Assembly (NCBI GenBank): GCA_964654755.1
Contig: CAZZJW010000003.1
Location: 19,719-83,718 of the forward strand
Direction of reading: 5' to 3'
Source: an uncultured Pleurocapsa sp.
Lineage (GTDB): Bacteria > Chloroflexota > Anaerolineae > Aggregatilineales > Phototrophicaceae
DNA length: 64,000 nt
This document shows positions 16,422 to 24,892 of this stretch, piece after piece. The translations under genes and the position numbers were made by a program. The notes beneath the pieces are model-generated. The model did no database searches. It saw only the letters and a list, made by a program, of their open reading frames with translations, and was not told the DNA's origin. Every line of letters begins with the position of its first letter. Within the stretch, counting starts at the first letter, position 1.

Positions 16422-18314
16422 ATGACACGGTTGGCATATGGCGCCTGGCCCAGCCCAGTCAGCCCCCGCATGCTGGCGGGCGGGCTGCGCCTGAATGATG
16501 TGCAGATCTGCCCGAACGGCACGGCGGCGCTGTGGCTGGAGAACCGTGGGCTGACCAGCGCCCTTGTGCTGCAGCGCCAGGGTGACGCCCCGCGCGAGCT
16601 GACTGACGCCGAGATGAGTGTGCGCGGGCGCATCGGCTATGGCGGAGGTGAATTTGCGCTCTCCGACACGCACGTGATCTTCGCTGGCAACAACGGCAGG
16701 CTGTACCGGCAGGCGCTGGATGGCGGCAGCGCGCGCGCGATCACGCCGGCGTTCGGCGCAGCCGCCTCACCTGCGCTGTCGCCTGACGGGCGCTGGACTG
16801 CCTTCGTGCACAGCGACGAGGGCGCGGACATCCTGGCCGTCGTCGACAGCGAAGGCCGGGAGTTCCCGCGCAAGTGGTATACGCGTGCCGATTTCGTCAT
16901 GCAGCCGGCGTGGAGCCCGGCGGGTGACCGAGTCGCCTTCATCGCCTGGGATCGCCCGCAGATGCCGTGGGATGGCGCGGTGCTGATGCTGGGCGATGTG
17001 CGCCACGCGCCGGACGGGCTGCCCGCACTGGTCAATCTGCGCCAGGTGGCGGGCGGACCAGCGGTGTCGGTGTTCGGGCCGCAGTTCTCGGCGGATGGTG
17101 CGTATCTCGCCTACGCCAGCGATGAGGCCGGCTGGTGGCAGGTGTACGCCCTGTCGCTGGCGACCGGGGCCGCACGCTGCCTGACCCGCGATGAGGCCGA
17201 GTACGCCACGCCCGCATGGCTGCAGGGGATGCGCACCTTCGCATGGGCTGGTCCCGATCATCTGCTGGCGCTGCGCAGTGCCCACGCGGCGGTATCGCTG
17301 GTGTCGATTGCGGTGGCTGATGCCGCTGTTACGCCGGTCAGCGGGCTGGAGGCCTACACCGATCTGCGCCAGATCAGCGTGGCCGCCGATGGATGCCGGG
17401 CGGCGCTGCTCGCTTCGGCCAGCGCCATCCCGGAGCGCGTGCTGGCGCTCGATCTGGAGCCTGCGCAGGCGCGGCTACAGGTGCTGCGGCGCACATCGAC
17501 GGAGAACCTGCCCGCGGCGCGGCTGGCACGGGCGGAGCCGATGCAGTGGACGGGCGATGATGGTGAGACGGTGCATGGCCTGTTCTACCGCCCGGTCGGA
17601 GAGGGAGTGGAGGGCGTGGGCAAGCCGCCGCTGATCGTGATCGTGCACGGCGGCCCGACATCGCACGCGCGCCAGAGCTACGTCACCGAGGCGCAGTTCT
17701 ACGCCACGCGCGGCTATGCGCTGCTGTACGTCAACCATCGCGGCAGCACGGGCTATGGCCGGGACTACAAGAATCGCGGGCACGGCATGTGGGGTGTGAC
17801 GGATGTGGCGGATGCCGCAAGCGGCGCCCGGGCGCTGGCCGCAGCTGGCGTGGTCGATCCGGAGCGCCGGGTGGTGCTGGGTGGCAGCGCCGGCGGCTTC
17901 ACCGCGCTGCAGTCGCTGGTGGATCTGCCGGGCTTCTGGACGGCGGCGGTCAGCCTGTATGGCATCGGCAATCAGTTCACGCTGGTGAGCGAGTCGACGT
18001 TCAAGTTCGAGACGCATTACAGCGAGACGCTGCTCGGCCCGCTGCCAGATGCCGCCGCGATTTACCGGGCGCGTTCACCGCTCTTTCACGTCGGGCGCAT
18101 CAGCGATCCGCTGCTGGTATTCCAGGGGGATGAGGACCAGGTGGTGCCGCGCGCGCAGAGCGACTCGTTAGTGGAGGCGCTGCGGGCACGCGGCGTGCCG
18201 GTCGAATATCACGTGTTCGCGGGAGAGGGCCATGGCTGGCGCAAGCCGGAGACCATCGAGGCGTATCTCCGGCTGACGCTGGCGTTTCTGGAGCGCACCG
18301 TGGTCTATCGCTGA
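16422..18314 (+). CDS. S9 family serine peptidase (prolyl oligopeptidase/acylaminoacyl-peptidase type) with N-terminal beta-propeller
   Basis: TolB/PD40-like repeats (SPDGRWTAF, SPAGDRVAF, SADGAYLAY). Catalytic GGSAGGF, then a later D and GEGHGW. Confidence 0.85.
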   Translation: MTRLAYGAWPSPVSPRMLAGGLRLNDVQICPNGTAALWLENRGLTSALVLQRQGDAPRELTDAEMSVRGRIGYGGGEFALSDTHVIFAGNNGRLYRQALDGGSARAITPAFGAAASPALSPDGRWTAFVHSDEGADILAVVDSEGREFPRKWYTRADFVMQPAWSPAGDRVAFIAWDRPQMPWDGAVLMLGDVRHAPDGLPALVNLRQVAGGPAVSVFGPQFSADGAYLAYASDEAGWWQVYALSLATGAARCLTRDEAEYATPAWLQGMRTFAWAGPDHLLALRSAHAAVSLVSIAVADAAVTPVSGLEAYTDLRQISVAADGCRAALLASASAIPERVLALDLEPAQARLQVLRRTSTENLPAARLARAEPMQWTGDDGETVHGLFYRPVGEGVEGVGKPPLIVIVHGGPTSHARQSYVTEAQFYATRGYALLYVNHRGSTGYGRDYKNRGHGMWGVTDVADAASGARALAAAGVVDPERRVVLGGSAGGFTALQSLVDLPGFWTAAVSLYGIGNQFTLVSESTFKFETHYSETLLGPLPDAAAIYRARSPLFHVGRISDPLLVFQGDEDQVVPRAQSDSLVEALRARGVPVEYHVFAGEGHGWRKPETIEAYLRLTLAFLERTVVYR

Positions 18315-18335
18315 CCGCGCTGCGCCGCTGTCACC

Positions 18336-19754
18336 TCAGCCGGCGGCCTCGGCGGTGATGCGGTTGGCCCCGCCCATGTATGGACGCAGCACTTCAGGGA
18401 TGGTCACGCTGCCATCGGCCTGCTGATAGTTCTCCAGAATGGCGATCACGACGCGCGGCGTGGCCAGCCCGCTGCCGTTGAGCGTGTGCACATAGCGCGT
18501 GCGCTTGCCCTCCGCCGGGCGGTAGCGAATGCCGGCCCGCCGTGCCTGGAAGTCCTCATCATTGCTGCATGAGCTCACTTCCAGCCACTCCTGGCAGCCG
18601 GGCGCCCACACCTCCAGATCGTATTTCTTGGTGGCCGCGAAGCCCAGGTCCCCGGTGACGATTTCGAGGCGGCGGAAGCGCAGATCGAGCGCGCGGCATA
18701 CATCGCTGGCGGCCTCCGTCAGCGACTCCAGCTCTTCATAGCTGGTCTCGGGTGTGGTGAACTTGTACAGCTCCACCTTCTCGAACTGATGCACGCGCTT
18801 GATGCCGCGCACATCACGGCCAGCGCTCATGCGTTCGCGGCGGAAGCACGGCGTATGCGCGGCGTAGTACAGCGGAAGCTGATCCTCTTCGAGGATCTCC
18901 TCGCGGTGCAGGTTGGTGATCGCCACTTCGGCGGTGGGCAGCATGTACAGGCCCGCGTCCTGATCGGTGTAGACGTTCTCGCGGAACTTGGGGAATTGGC
19001 CCGCGCCCACCATCATCTCTTCGCGCACCAGGAAGGGCAGATACAGCTCCTCGAAGCCGTGCGCCCGCGCCATGTCCAGAAACAGCGCGATCAGCGCCCG
19101 CTGCAGGCGCGCGCCCAGCCCGCGCAGCACGTAGCCGCGTGTACCGGTCAGGCGGACGCCGCGCTCGAAGTCGATGATGCCCAGCGCCGGGCCCAGGTCC
19201 CAGTGTGGCAGCGGCGTGAAATCGAAGCTGCGCTCCGGGCCTTCCGGCGTCCAGGCGATGTTGGCGGACTCGTCCGGCGCGACAGGGGTGCTGTCGTGGG
19301 GCAGGTTGGGCAGCCAAAGCATGTTGTCGTTCAGATCGGCCTCGACCTGGCGCACGCGCTCGTTGAGCGCTTCGACGGTGCTGCCCATCGCGCCAAGAGC
19401 GCTCATCAGCGCGGGCAGGGCATCCGCCCCGGCGGCGGGCGCGTCCCCGATGCGGTCGTTCATGGCGGCCTCGGCGCGTTCGTAGTCGCGCGCGGTGACG
19501 GCGGCGGCGGCGGCGGCGGCCAGCGCCTGGCGGCGCGCATCGTCGAGCGACTTGCTGCCACGCAGCAGACCGACGGCCTTGTTCAGCCGGTTGCGCGCCG
19601 CCTGCACCGTCTCGCTTTCGGTGAGCAGGGCGCGGCGTTCGCGGTCGAGCTCCAGAATATGGCCCACGCGCTCCAGCGCCGCAGGATCGTTGAGCTTCCC
19701 GATCTGGGCTTTCACCCAGTCCGGTTTTTCCCGAATGAGCGCGATATCAATCAT
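18336..19754 (-). CDS. serS: seryl-tRNA synthetase
   Basis: MIDIALIREKPDWV N-terminus, coiled-coil arm, and class II core (FRRE, GSGLATPRVVIAILENYQ). Confidence 0.95.
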   Translation of the reverse strand: MIDIALIREKPDWVKAQIGKLNDPAALERVGHILELDRERRALLTESETVQAARNRLNKAVGLLRGSKSLDDARRQALAAAAAAAVTARDYERAEAAMNDRIGDAPAAGADALPALMSALGAMGSTVEALNERVRQVEADLNDNMLWLPNLPHDSTPVAPDESANIAWTPEGPERSFDFTPLPHWDLGPALGIIDFERGVRLTGTRGYVLRGLGARLQRALIALFLDMARAHGFEELYLPFLVREEMMVGAGQFPKFRENVYTDQDAGLYMLPTAEVAITNLHREEILEEDQLPLYYAAHTPCFRRERMSAGRDVRGIKRVHQFEKVELYKFTTPETSYEELESLTEAASDVCRALDLRFRRLEIVTGDLGFAATKKYDLEVWAPGCQEWLEVSSCSNDEDFQARRAGIRYRPAEGKRTRYVHTLNGSGLATPRVVIAILENYQQADGSVTIPEVLRPYMGGANRITAEAAG

Positions 19755-19923
19755 GATCTTCTCTCTCCGGCTGAGGGGGTGGCGCGGCTGGACGACGTGT
19801 GCGCGGCGGCAAGACGAGGTCCTGAATCAGGCGCACTGCCGCCAGCGCTGATCCGATGATGATCACCACGATGATGATGGTGTTGAAGAAGTCTGGCGTA
19901 AGCTGTCTCAGGAACTCGAACAT
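19747..19923 (-). CDS. small membrane protein, 58 aa (not in the ORF track, below its length cutoff)
   Basis: Manual translation: MFEFLRQLTPDFFNTIIIVVIIIGSALAAVRLIQDLVLPPRTRRPAAPPPQPEREDHD. GAGGA lies 12 nt upstream. The 3' end overlaps the serS ATG by 8 nt. Confidence 0.45.
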   Translation of the reverse strand: MFEFLRQLTPDFFNTIIIVVIIIGSALAAVRLIQDLVLPPRTRRPAAPPPQPEREDHD

Positions 19924-19963
19924 CGCTTTCGTCTGTCCTCAGCCTGTTGTCCGCGCCCGGCGC

Positions 19964-19994
19964 AAACAAAAACGCCTCTCCTGCGGGAGAGGCG
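19964..19994 (-). terminator. rho-independent terminator after the PAS histidine kinase gene
   Basis: The minus strand reads CGCCTCTCC-cgca-GGAGAGGCG followed by TTTTTGTTT. Confidence 0.8.
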
Positions 19995-20014
19995 ACGCAT
20001 GGCAAACGACGCTC

Positions 20015-21148
20015 TCAGGCAGGCTTCTTGCCAGATCGTGACTGGACAGTGGACGAGCGCGAGGGCAGTTTGATGCTGAAGGTTGTGCCCGCGCCCTCTT
20101 CACTCTCGAACCACATCCAGCCACCCATCGCTTCGACCTCGTGCTTGCACAGATACAGGCTCAGCCCATACCCAAATTCGCCGATGACCTGCGGCTGACG
20201 CCCGCGCTGATGCGGCGCAAACACCCGTTCGACCTCACTGGCGCGGATGCCGTAGCCCTCATCCGCCACGTCGATCTGCACGCCAGCTTCTGACTGGCGC
20301 ACGCTGAGGGTGACGGGCGTCCCTTTCAGACTATACATGATAGCATTGCGCAGCATGTCTCGCAATACGACCGCCAGCACGTCTGGCGCAGCGATCGCCG
20401 AAGGCTCGCCGGTGATTTCGACCTTGAGGCGGCGGCGCACATCCTGCTGCTCGGTCTCGGGGTCCAGTAGCGGGCTTTCGGCGAGCGCCTCGATCAGGTC
20501 CTCGACGAATTCTTCCATGGCGACCGGGCGCAGCGCGGCCTGCATCTGCAGCTTGAGCTGGCCGGTGCGCAGGCGCTCCAGGCGCGCCATGAGCAGCGTG
20601 AGGCGGCTGAGGCGGTGCATATGCGTCTGGATGAGTGTGGCGAAGCCGGAGATGCGGCGGCCAAGCGCCTCGACCGACTCGTTAGGCTTGGGCTTCCTGA
20701 GCGCGTGCTGGATGAGGTCCGCGTGTCCGCCGGTGGATTCGGCGCTCTCGCGCACTTCCTGCAGGTAGTGGTCGAACAGCTCCGTCAGCGCGCTCCAGTC
20801 GGGCTGTTCGAAAGTGAGCACGGTGGAAGGCTGGCCGTTCATCGTGATCACGGCGGCCCAGGCGGGGACATGCACGCCGCCGCGAAAGGCGGAGAAGCGC
20901 ACCGGCTGGTTTTCGCGGGCGGCGCGCTCGCGGATGGCGGGCAGCGCCAGATCGGGATTGCTGTCTCGTGTGCTGAACAGCGGGACGGCGGCGCGCCAGC
21001 CGCCCGCCTGCAGCAGGCGCAGATCCTTGCCGAGCATGGCGCTGGCGGCGGTGTTGTGCCAGCGCAGCTGGCCGTCGCCATCGAAGATCAGCACGGCCTG
21101 CCCGATGCCATTCAAGACTGCGTCCAGCGGTTGCTCAACCGAGGCCAT
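20015..21148 (-). CDS. soluble PAS-domain sensor histidine kinase
   Basis: PAS-like N-terminus (GIGQAVLIFDGDGQLRWHN). HATPase_c region (LRNAIMY, DEGYGI, GYGLSLYLCK, GAGTTFSIKLP). GGGAG Shine-Dalgarno-like sequence before the ATG. Confidence 0.8.
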   Translation of the reverse strand: MASVEQPLDAVLNGIGQAVLIFDGDGQLRWHNTAASAMLGKDLRLLQAGGWRAAVPLFSTRDSNPDLALPAIRERAARENQPVRFSAFRGGVHVPAWAAVITMNGQPSTVLTFEQPDWSALTELFDHYLQEVRESAESTGGHADLIQHALRKPKPNESVEALGRRISGFATLIQTHMHRLSRLTLLMARLERLRTGQLKLQMQAALRPVAMEEFVEDLIEALAESPLLDPETEQQDVRRRLKVEITGEPSAIAAPDVLAVVLRDMLRNAIMYSLKGTPVTLSVRQSEAGVQIDVADEGYGIRASEVERVFAPHQRGRQPQVIGEFGYGLSLYLCKHEVEAMGGWMWFESEEGAGTTFSIKLPSRSSTVQSRSGKKPA

Positions 21149-21231
21149 GACTGCTCCCTGCCAGGCGAATTAGCGGATGCGGCGCCGGTGTACGCCTGCA
21201 TCCCCCATATTGTACGGGAGTTAGCGCGCGT

Positions 21232-22797
21232 TTATTCGCCGCCTTCCTCAATACTCCGTTCTTCATCCTCGCGCAGTGCGCGCAGATGTGGGTAGAGCAG
21301 CACGTCACGGATGGTGTGCTGATCGGTCATCAGCATCACCAGGCGGTCGATGCCCATGCCGAAGCCGCCGTTAGGCGGCATGCCATAGCGCATGGCGCGC
21401 AGGTAGTCCTCGTCGATGGGGGCGGCGTCGTCCTCATCGGGGCGGAAGAGCTGCGCCATCTCCAGGAAACGCGCCTGCTGATCGCGCGGGTCGTTCAGCT
21501 CGGTGAAGGCGTTGCCCATCTCCATGCCGGCGATGTAGAACTCGAAGCGCTCGACGTGCACATCGTCATGCGCCACGCGCTTGGCGAACGGTGAGATATC
21601 GCGCGGGTAGTCGAGGATGAAGGTGGGCTGGATGAGCGACTTCTCGACGTAGTCGCCCAGCAGATGCTCTACCAGCTTGCCCCACGGCTGTCCCGGCGCC
21701 ACCGAGCCGCCGATGGCGCGAATGGCCGCTTCCAGCGCCGGCGCATCGCGGTGTTCGAGATAGTCGATGCCGGTGGCGGCGCGGATGGCCTCGCGCATGG
21801 TCATGCGCTTCCACGGCACGCGGTAGTCGATGATGTGTTCGCCGTAGCGCACCTGTGTGCTGCCGTGCAGCGCCAGCGCAACCGACTCCAGCATGCGCTC
21901 GGTCAGGTCCATCACGCCGTGATAATCGATATAGGCCTTGTAGAATTCCAGCATGGTGAATTCGGGATTGTGCTTCCAGCTCACGCCCTCGTTGCGGAAG
22001 TCCCGTCCGATCTCGTACACGCCGCTGTAGCCGCCCACCAGCAGGCGCTTGAGGTAGAGCTCGAAGCTCACGCGCAGGAAGAGCTCCTGGCGAAGCTGAT
22101 TGTGATGCGTGGTGAAGGGCCGCGCCGCCGCGCCGCCGTAGATCGGCTGCAGGATGGGCGTCTCGACCTCCAGCAGGCCTTCGTTGTCCATGAACTGGCG
22201 CACGGCGCGGATAACCTGAGCGCGCTGGATGAAGCACTCGCGGGTCTCACGGTTGACGGCCAGATCGGCGTAGCGCTGGCGGTAGCGCGTTTCGACGTTG
22301 GAGAATTCGCCGTACTCGCGCACGCTGCCATCTTCCAGCGTCTGCTGCTTGATGACGGGCAGCGGGCTGAGCGACTTGGCCAGCAGCACCAGGTGCGCCA
22401 CGCGCACGCTGATCTCGCCCGCCTGGGTGCGCATCAGTGTGCCGGTGGCCTGCACGAAGTCGTCCATGTCGATCAGCTTGTCTCGCACCAGCGCGTAGAC
22501 GGCCTCGTCCATGTCGTTGACGCGCATGAAGAGCTGGATGCGCCCGGAGTCGTCCTCGATGTGCATGAACGACAGCTTGCCTTTGACGTTTACGCGGCGG
22601 ATGCGCCCGCACACGGTGACTTCGATGGCGGGCACTTCTGCACCCACGGCCTGCGCCTCGGCACGGGCGAACTCCGCAAGCGCAGCGGCGGCGCTGGCTG
22701 TGCGCGCCACGCGTGCCGGATAGGCATTGATGCCGCGCGCTTCCAGCGCATCCAGTTTGTCGAGGCGTTCCTGTTCGAGACGATTGGGCTGCCACAT
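21232..22797 (-). CDS. lysS: lysyl-tRNA synthetase (class II)
   Basis: OB-fold plus class II motifs (FLRVSFELYLKRLLVGG, YEIGRDFRNEG, FEFYIAGMEMGNAFTELNDP, GMGIDRLVMLM). ATG 22797 (MWQPNRLEQ) preferred over 22845. Confidence 0.95.
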   Translation of the reverse strand: MWQPNRLEQERLDKLDALEARGINAYPARVARTASAAAALAEFARAEAQAVGAEVPAIEVTVCGRIRRVNVKGKLSFMHIEDDSGRIQLFMRVNDMDEAVYALVRDKLIDMDDFVQATGTLMRTQAGEISVRVAHLVLLAKSLSPLPVIKQQTLEDGSVREYGEFSNVETRYRQRYADLAVNRETRECFIQRAQVIRAVRQFMDNEGLLEVETPILQPIYGGAAARPFTTHHNQLRQELFLRVSFELYLKRLLVGGYSGVYEIGRDFRNEGVSWKHNPEFTMLEFYKAYIDYHGVMDLTERMLESVALALHGSTQVRYGEHIIDYRVPWKRMTMREAIRAATGIDYLEHRDAPALEAAIRAIGGSVAPGQPWGKLVEHLLGDYVEKSLIQPTFILDYPRDISPFAKRVAHDDVHVERFEFYIAGMEMGNAFTELNDPRDQQARFLEMAQLFRPDEDDAAPIDEDYLRAMRYGMPPNGGFGMGIDRLVMLMTDQHTIRDVLLYPHLRALREDEERSIEEGGE

Positions 22798-22846
22798 GTG
22801 GGCGCAATACTCCTGTGCAGATCTCGTGAGCCGCAGAGACGGCACG

Positions 22847-22852
22847 ATTATA
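22847..22852 (-). promoter_or_regulatory. perfect TATAAT -10 element upstream of lysS
   Basis: The minus strand reads ...GCCGGTATAATCGTG..., immediately after the greA terminator and about 50 nt before the lysS ATG. The -35 element is poor. Confidence 0.4.
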
Positions 22853-22856
22853 CCGG

Positions 22857-22899
22857 CAAAAAAACAGCCCTGCGCGGGCAGAGCTGTGCCGCACAGGGC
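22857..22899 (-). terminator. rho-independent terminator between greA and lysS
   Basis: Minus strand: GCCCTGTGCGG-(11-nt loop)-CCGCGCAGGGC (11 bp including one G.U) followed by TGTTTTTTTG. Confidence 0.85.
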
Positions 22900-22959
22900 A
22901 AATGGAGGCAGAATGGCGTGCTGCCGGGCGCGGCGGACCCGCGCTCCGTCAGGATCAGC

Positions 22960-23433
22960 TCAGGCGATCCCCTTGATGGTGAACGTGATTTCACCGCCGG
23001 GCGCGTTGATGCGCACCTTCTCGCCCACCTTCGCGCCGATCAGCGCCTTGCCGAGCGGGCTCTCGATCGAGATCTTGCCATCGGCGGGGTTGGCCTCGGC
23101 AGAGCCGACCAGATGATACACTTCCTTCGTGGTCGTGCCCTTTTCGACGACGGTCACGAATGTGCCGATAGTGACCACGTCCTTCTTGCCCTTGACCGGT
23201 TCGATCACCTGGGCGCTGGTGAGGATGGTATCAAGACGCAGGATTTCACCTTCGATGAAGGCCTGCTCGTTCTTGGCGTCCTCGTATTCCGCGTTCTCGG
23301 TCAGGTCACCGCCTTCGTCCAGCGCCAGGCGCAGGCGTTCAGCGACTTCCGGGCGGCGCACTTCCTTTAAGTACTTCAGTCGGCTCTCAAGTTCCTTCAA
23401 GCCTTCTGGGGTAAGGTAGTGAGGCTGATCCAT
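22960..23433 (-). CDS. greA: transcription elongation factor GreA
   Basis: LTPEGLKELESRLKYLKEVRRPEVAERL...DLTENAEYEDAK...and a C-terminal FKBP-like domain. Confidence 0.95.
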   Translation of the reverse strand: MDQPHYLTPEGLKELESRLKYLKEVRRPEVAERLRLALDEGGDLTENAEYEDAKNEQAFIEGEILRLDTILTSAQVIEPVKGKKDVVTIGTFVTVVEKGTTTKEVYHLVGSAEANPADGKISIESPLGKALIGAKVGEKVRINAPGGEITFTIKGIA

Positions 23434-23475
23434 TGATGCCGCTCCTTGAGAAAAAGCACGAATCCATCGTCATTC

Positions 23476-23504
23476 AATAGAAAAGACACAGCGCGCGCTG
23501 TGCC
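23476..23504 (-). terminator. intrinsic terminator inside the greA 5' leader
   Basis: Minus strand: GGCACAGC-gcgc-GCTGTGTC (8 bp) followed by TTTTCTATT. It lies between the candidate promoter and the greA ATG. It contains the 16-bp perfect palindrome CACAGCGCGCGCTGTG (23487-23502). Confidence 0.55.
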
Positions 23505-23548
23505 TCCGCAGGATTCCATGTGCCGCGTTTTTCTGCTGCATTACCATC

Positions 23549-23577
23549 ACCTTAGCACGGATTCGGCGGTGTGTAAA
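23549..23577 (-). promoter_or_regulatory. candidate greA promoter (TTTACA-17 nt-TAAGGT)
   Basis: The minus strand reads TTTACA caccgccgaatccgtgc TAAGGT, about 110 nt upstream of the greA ATG. Confidence 0.45.
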
Positions 23578-23630
23578 GTGAAAAGCGCATGATAGGGCGC
23601 TGACTTCTGCGGGGGTGCGAGTGGCGCACT

Positions 23631-24788
23631 TCAGCGCAGCGGGCCGGCGCCAACTGGCAGGGTGAAGCTGAAGCTGCTGCCCACGCCCGGGTCACCGCTG
23701 ATGAACAACTCACCGCCCATCACAGCCAGCATGCGCCGGGCGATGAACAGCCGGAGGCCTGCGCCGGGCTGCCGCGCAACCAGCGGCTGATGGAGCGCGC
23801 GCCAGAATGGTGAGCCGATCTGGGCGATATCGTCCTCGTTCAGGCCGATGCCGCTGTCGGTCACAGTGAAGAGGATGTGATCGCCGAGCGAGTCTGCGGT
23901 CAGGCGGATGGTCCCACTGACAGGGGTGTAGCGGATGGCGTTGTCGAGCAGATCGCACAGGATGGTGTAGGCGCGTTCACCATCGACGTACATCTGCGGC
24001 AGATCGTCATCGGCGAGGATCAGCACCTGATGCTCGGCAGCGGCAGCGCGGGGCAGCAGCTCCTTGCGCGCCTGGCGCAGCAGGTCTTTCGGCTGCACGC
24101 TGAAGGGTTTGAGGGCGAACAGGCCGCGGCGCATGTCGTGCAGGTTCTCGTAGCTGTCGACGATCCGTACGGCCGTCTCGGTGAACGGGCGCACGCGCGC
24201 GTTGTCTGCAGTGTAATCGCGCACCTGCGAAAGCACCGGCCGCATGATGGAGGGCAGGTGCTGGATCAGCGTGTCGCTGTTCGGCGTGCCCTGGTGCGCA
24301 AAATCGGTGCTGTGCCTGGGCAGCCGGTCGGTGTTCTTGTCTTCTGTGCTGCCGAGCGCTCCTGCCGCCGCAGGTTTGCCTTCAGAGCTTTCTGCGTCTT
24401 CTGCGTCAAACTGCGGACGCGAGGACAGGATCTGCGCGAATACGGTGTCGAAGTCGACCCCCTGGCCTTCAGCTCGCTCCTCGCCGGGGTGCACTGGCGC
24501 TGGCGGCAGGCCCAGCGTATCGGTGTTTGGCGTGCTGCTGCTGTTCATTGCAGGCAATGCTGCGCCATAGGTTTTGCCATTGCCCGAAGCGGGCGCATGC
24601 ATCAGCGCCGCCTCGGCATCCAGCCAGCGCGAATACAGCAGCCCGTTTTCCTGCTCCAGCTTGTCGATGACGGAGAGCACTTCGGCCAGTTTCTGGGCAG
24701 TGGCGGGCGGCGCAGCACTCTTCAGCCGCTCCAGCGTCTGGCGCGCATTGGCGATGGCGGCGCTGTCGATGTTGGAGGAAGTGGTCAT
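23631..24788 (-). CDS. histidine-kinase-like ATPase protein with degenerate or absent H-box
   Basis: C-terminal HATPase_c (LLDNAIRYT, DSGIGL, GAGLRLFIARRML, GVGSSFSFTLP). Coiled-coil and low-complexity N-terminus with no HE-x-x-x-P motif. Confidence 0.7.
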   Translation of the reverse strand: MTTSSNIDSAAIANARQTLERLKSAAPPATAQKLAEVLSVIDKLEQENGLLYSRWLDAEAALMHAPASGNGKTYGAALPAMNSSSTPNTDTLGLPPAPVHPGEERAEGQGVDFDTVFAQILSSRPQFDAEDAESSEGKPAAAGALGSTEDKNTDRLPRHSTDFAHQGTPNSDTLIQHLPSIMRPVLSQVRDYTADNARVRPFTETAVRIVDSYENLHDMRRGLFALKPFSVQPKDLLRQARKELLPRAAAAEHQVLILADDDLPQMYVDGERAYTILCDLLDNAIRYTPVSGTIRLTADSLGDHILFTVTDSGIGLNEDDIAQIGSPFWRALHQPLVARQPGAGLRLFIARRMLAVMGGELFISGDPGVGSSFSFTLPVGAGPLR

Positions 24789-24892
24789 GCCAACCTGCTC
24801 TTTCGCAGTAATGCTCTATGATTATACGCCCCTGATCAAAACCCCAGGCGTCCGAGCGCTGTGAATTCAAAATGAATCTTGTGAGGATCCAC

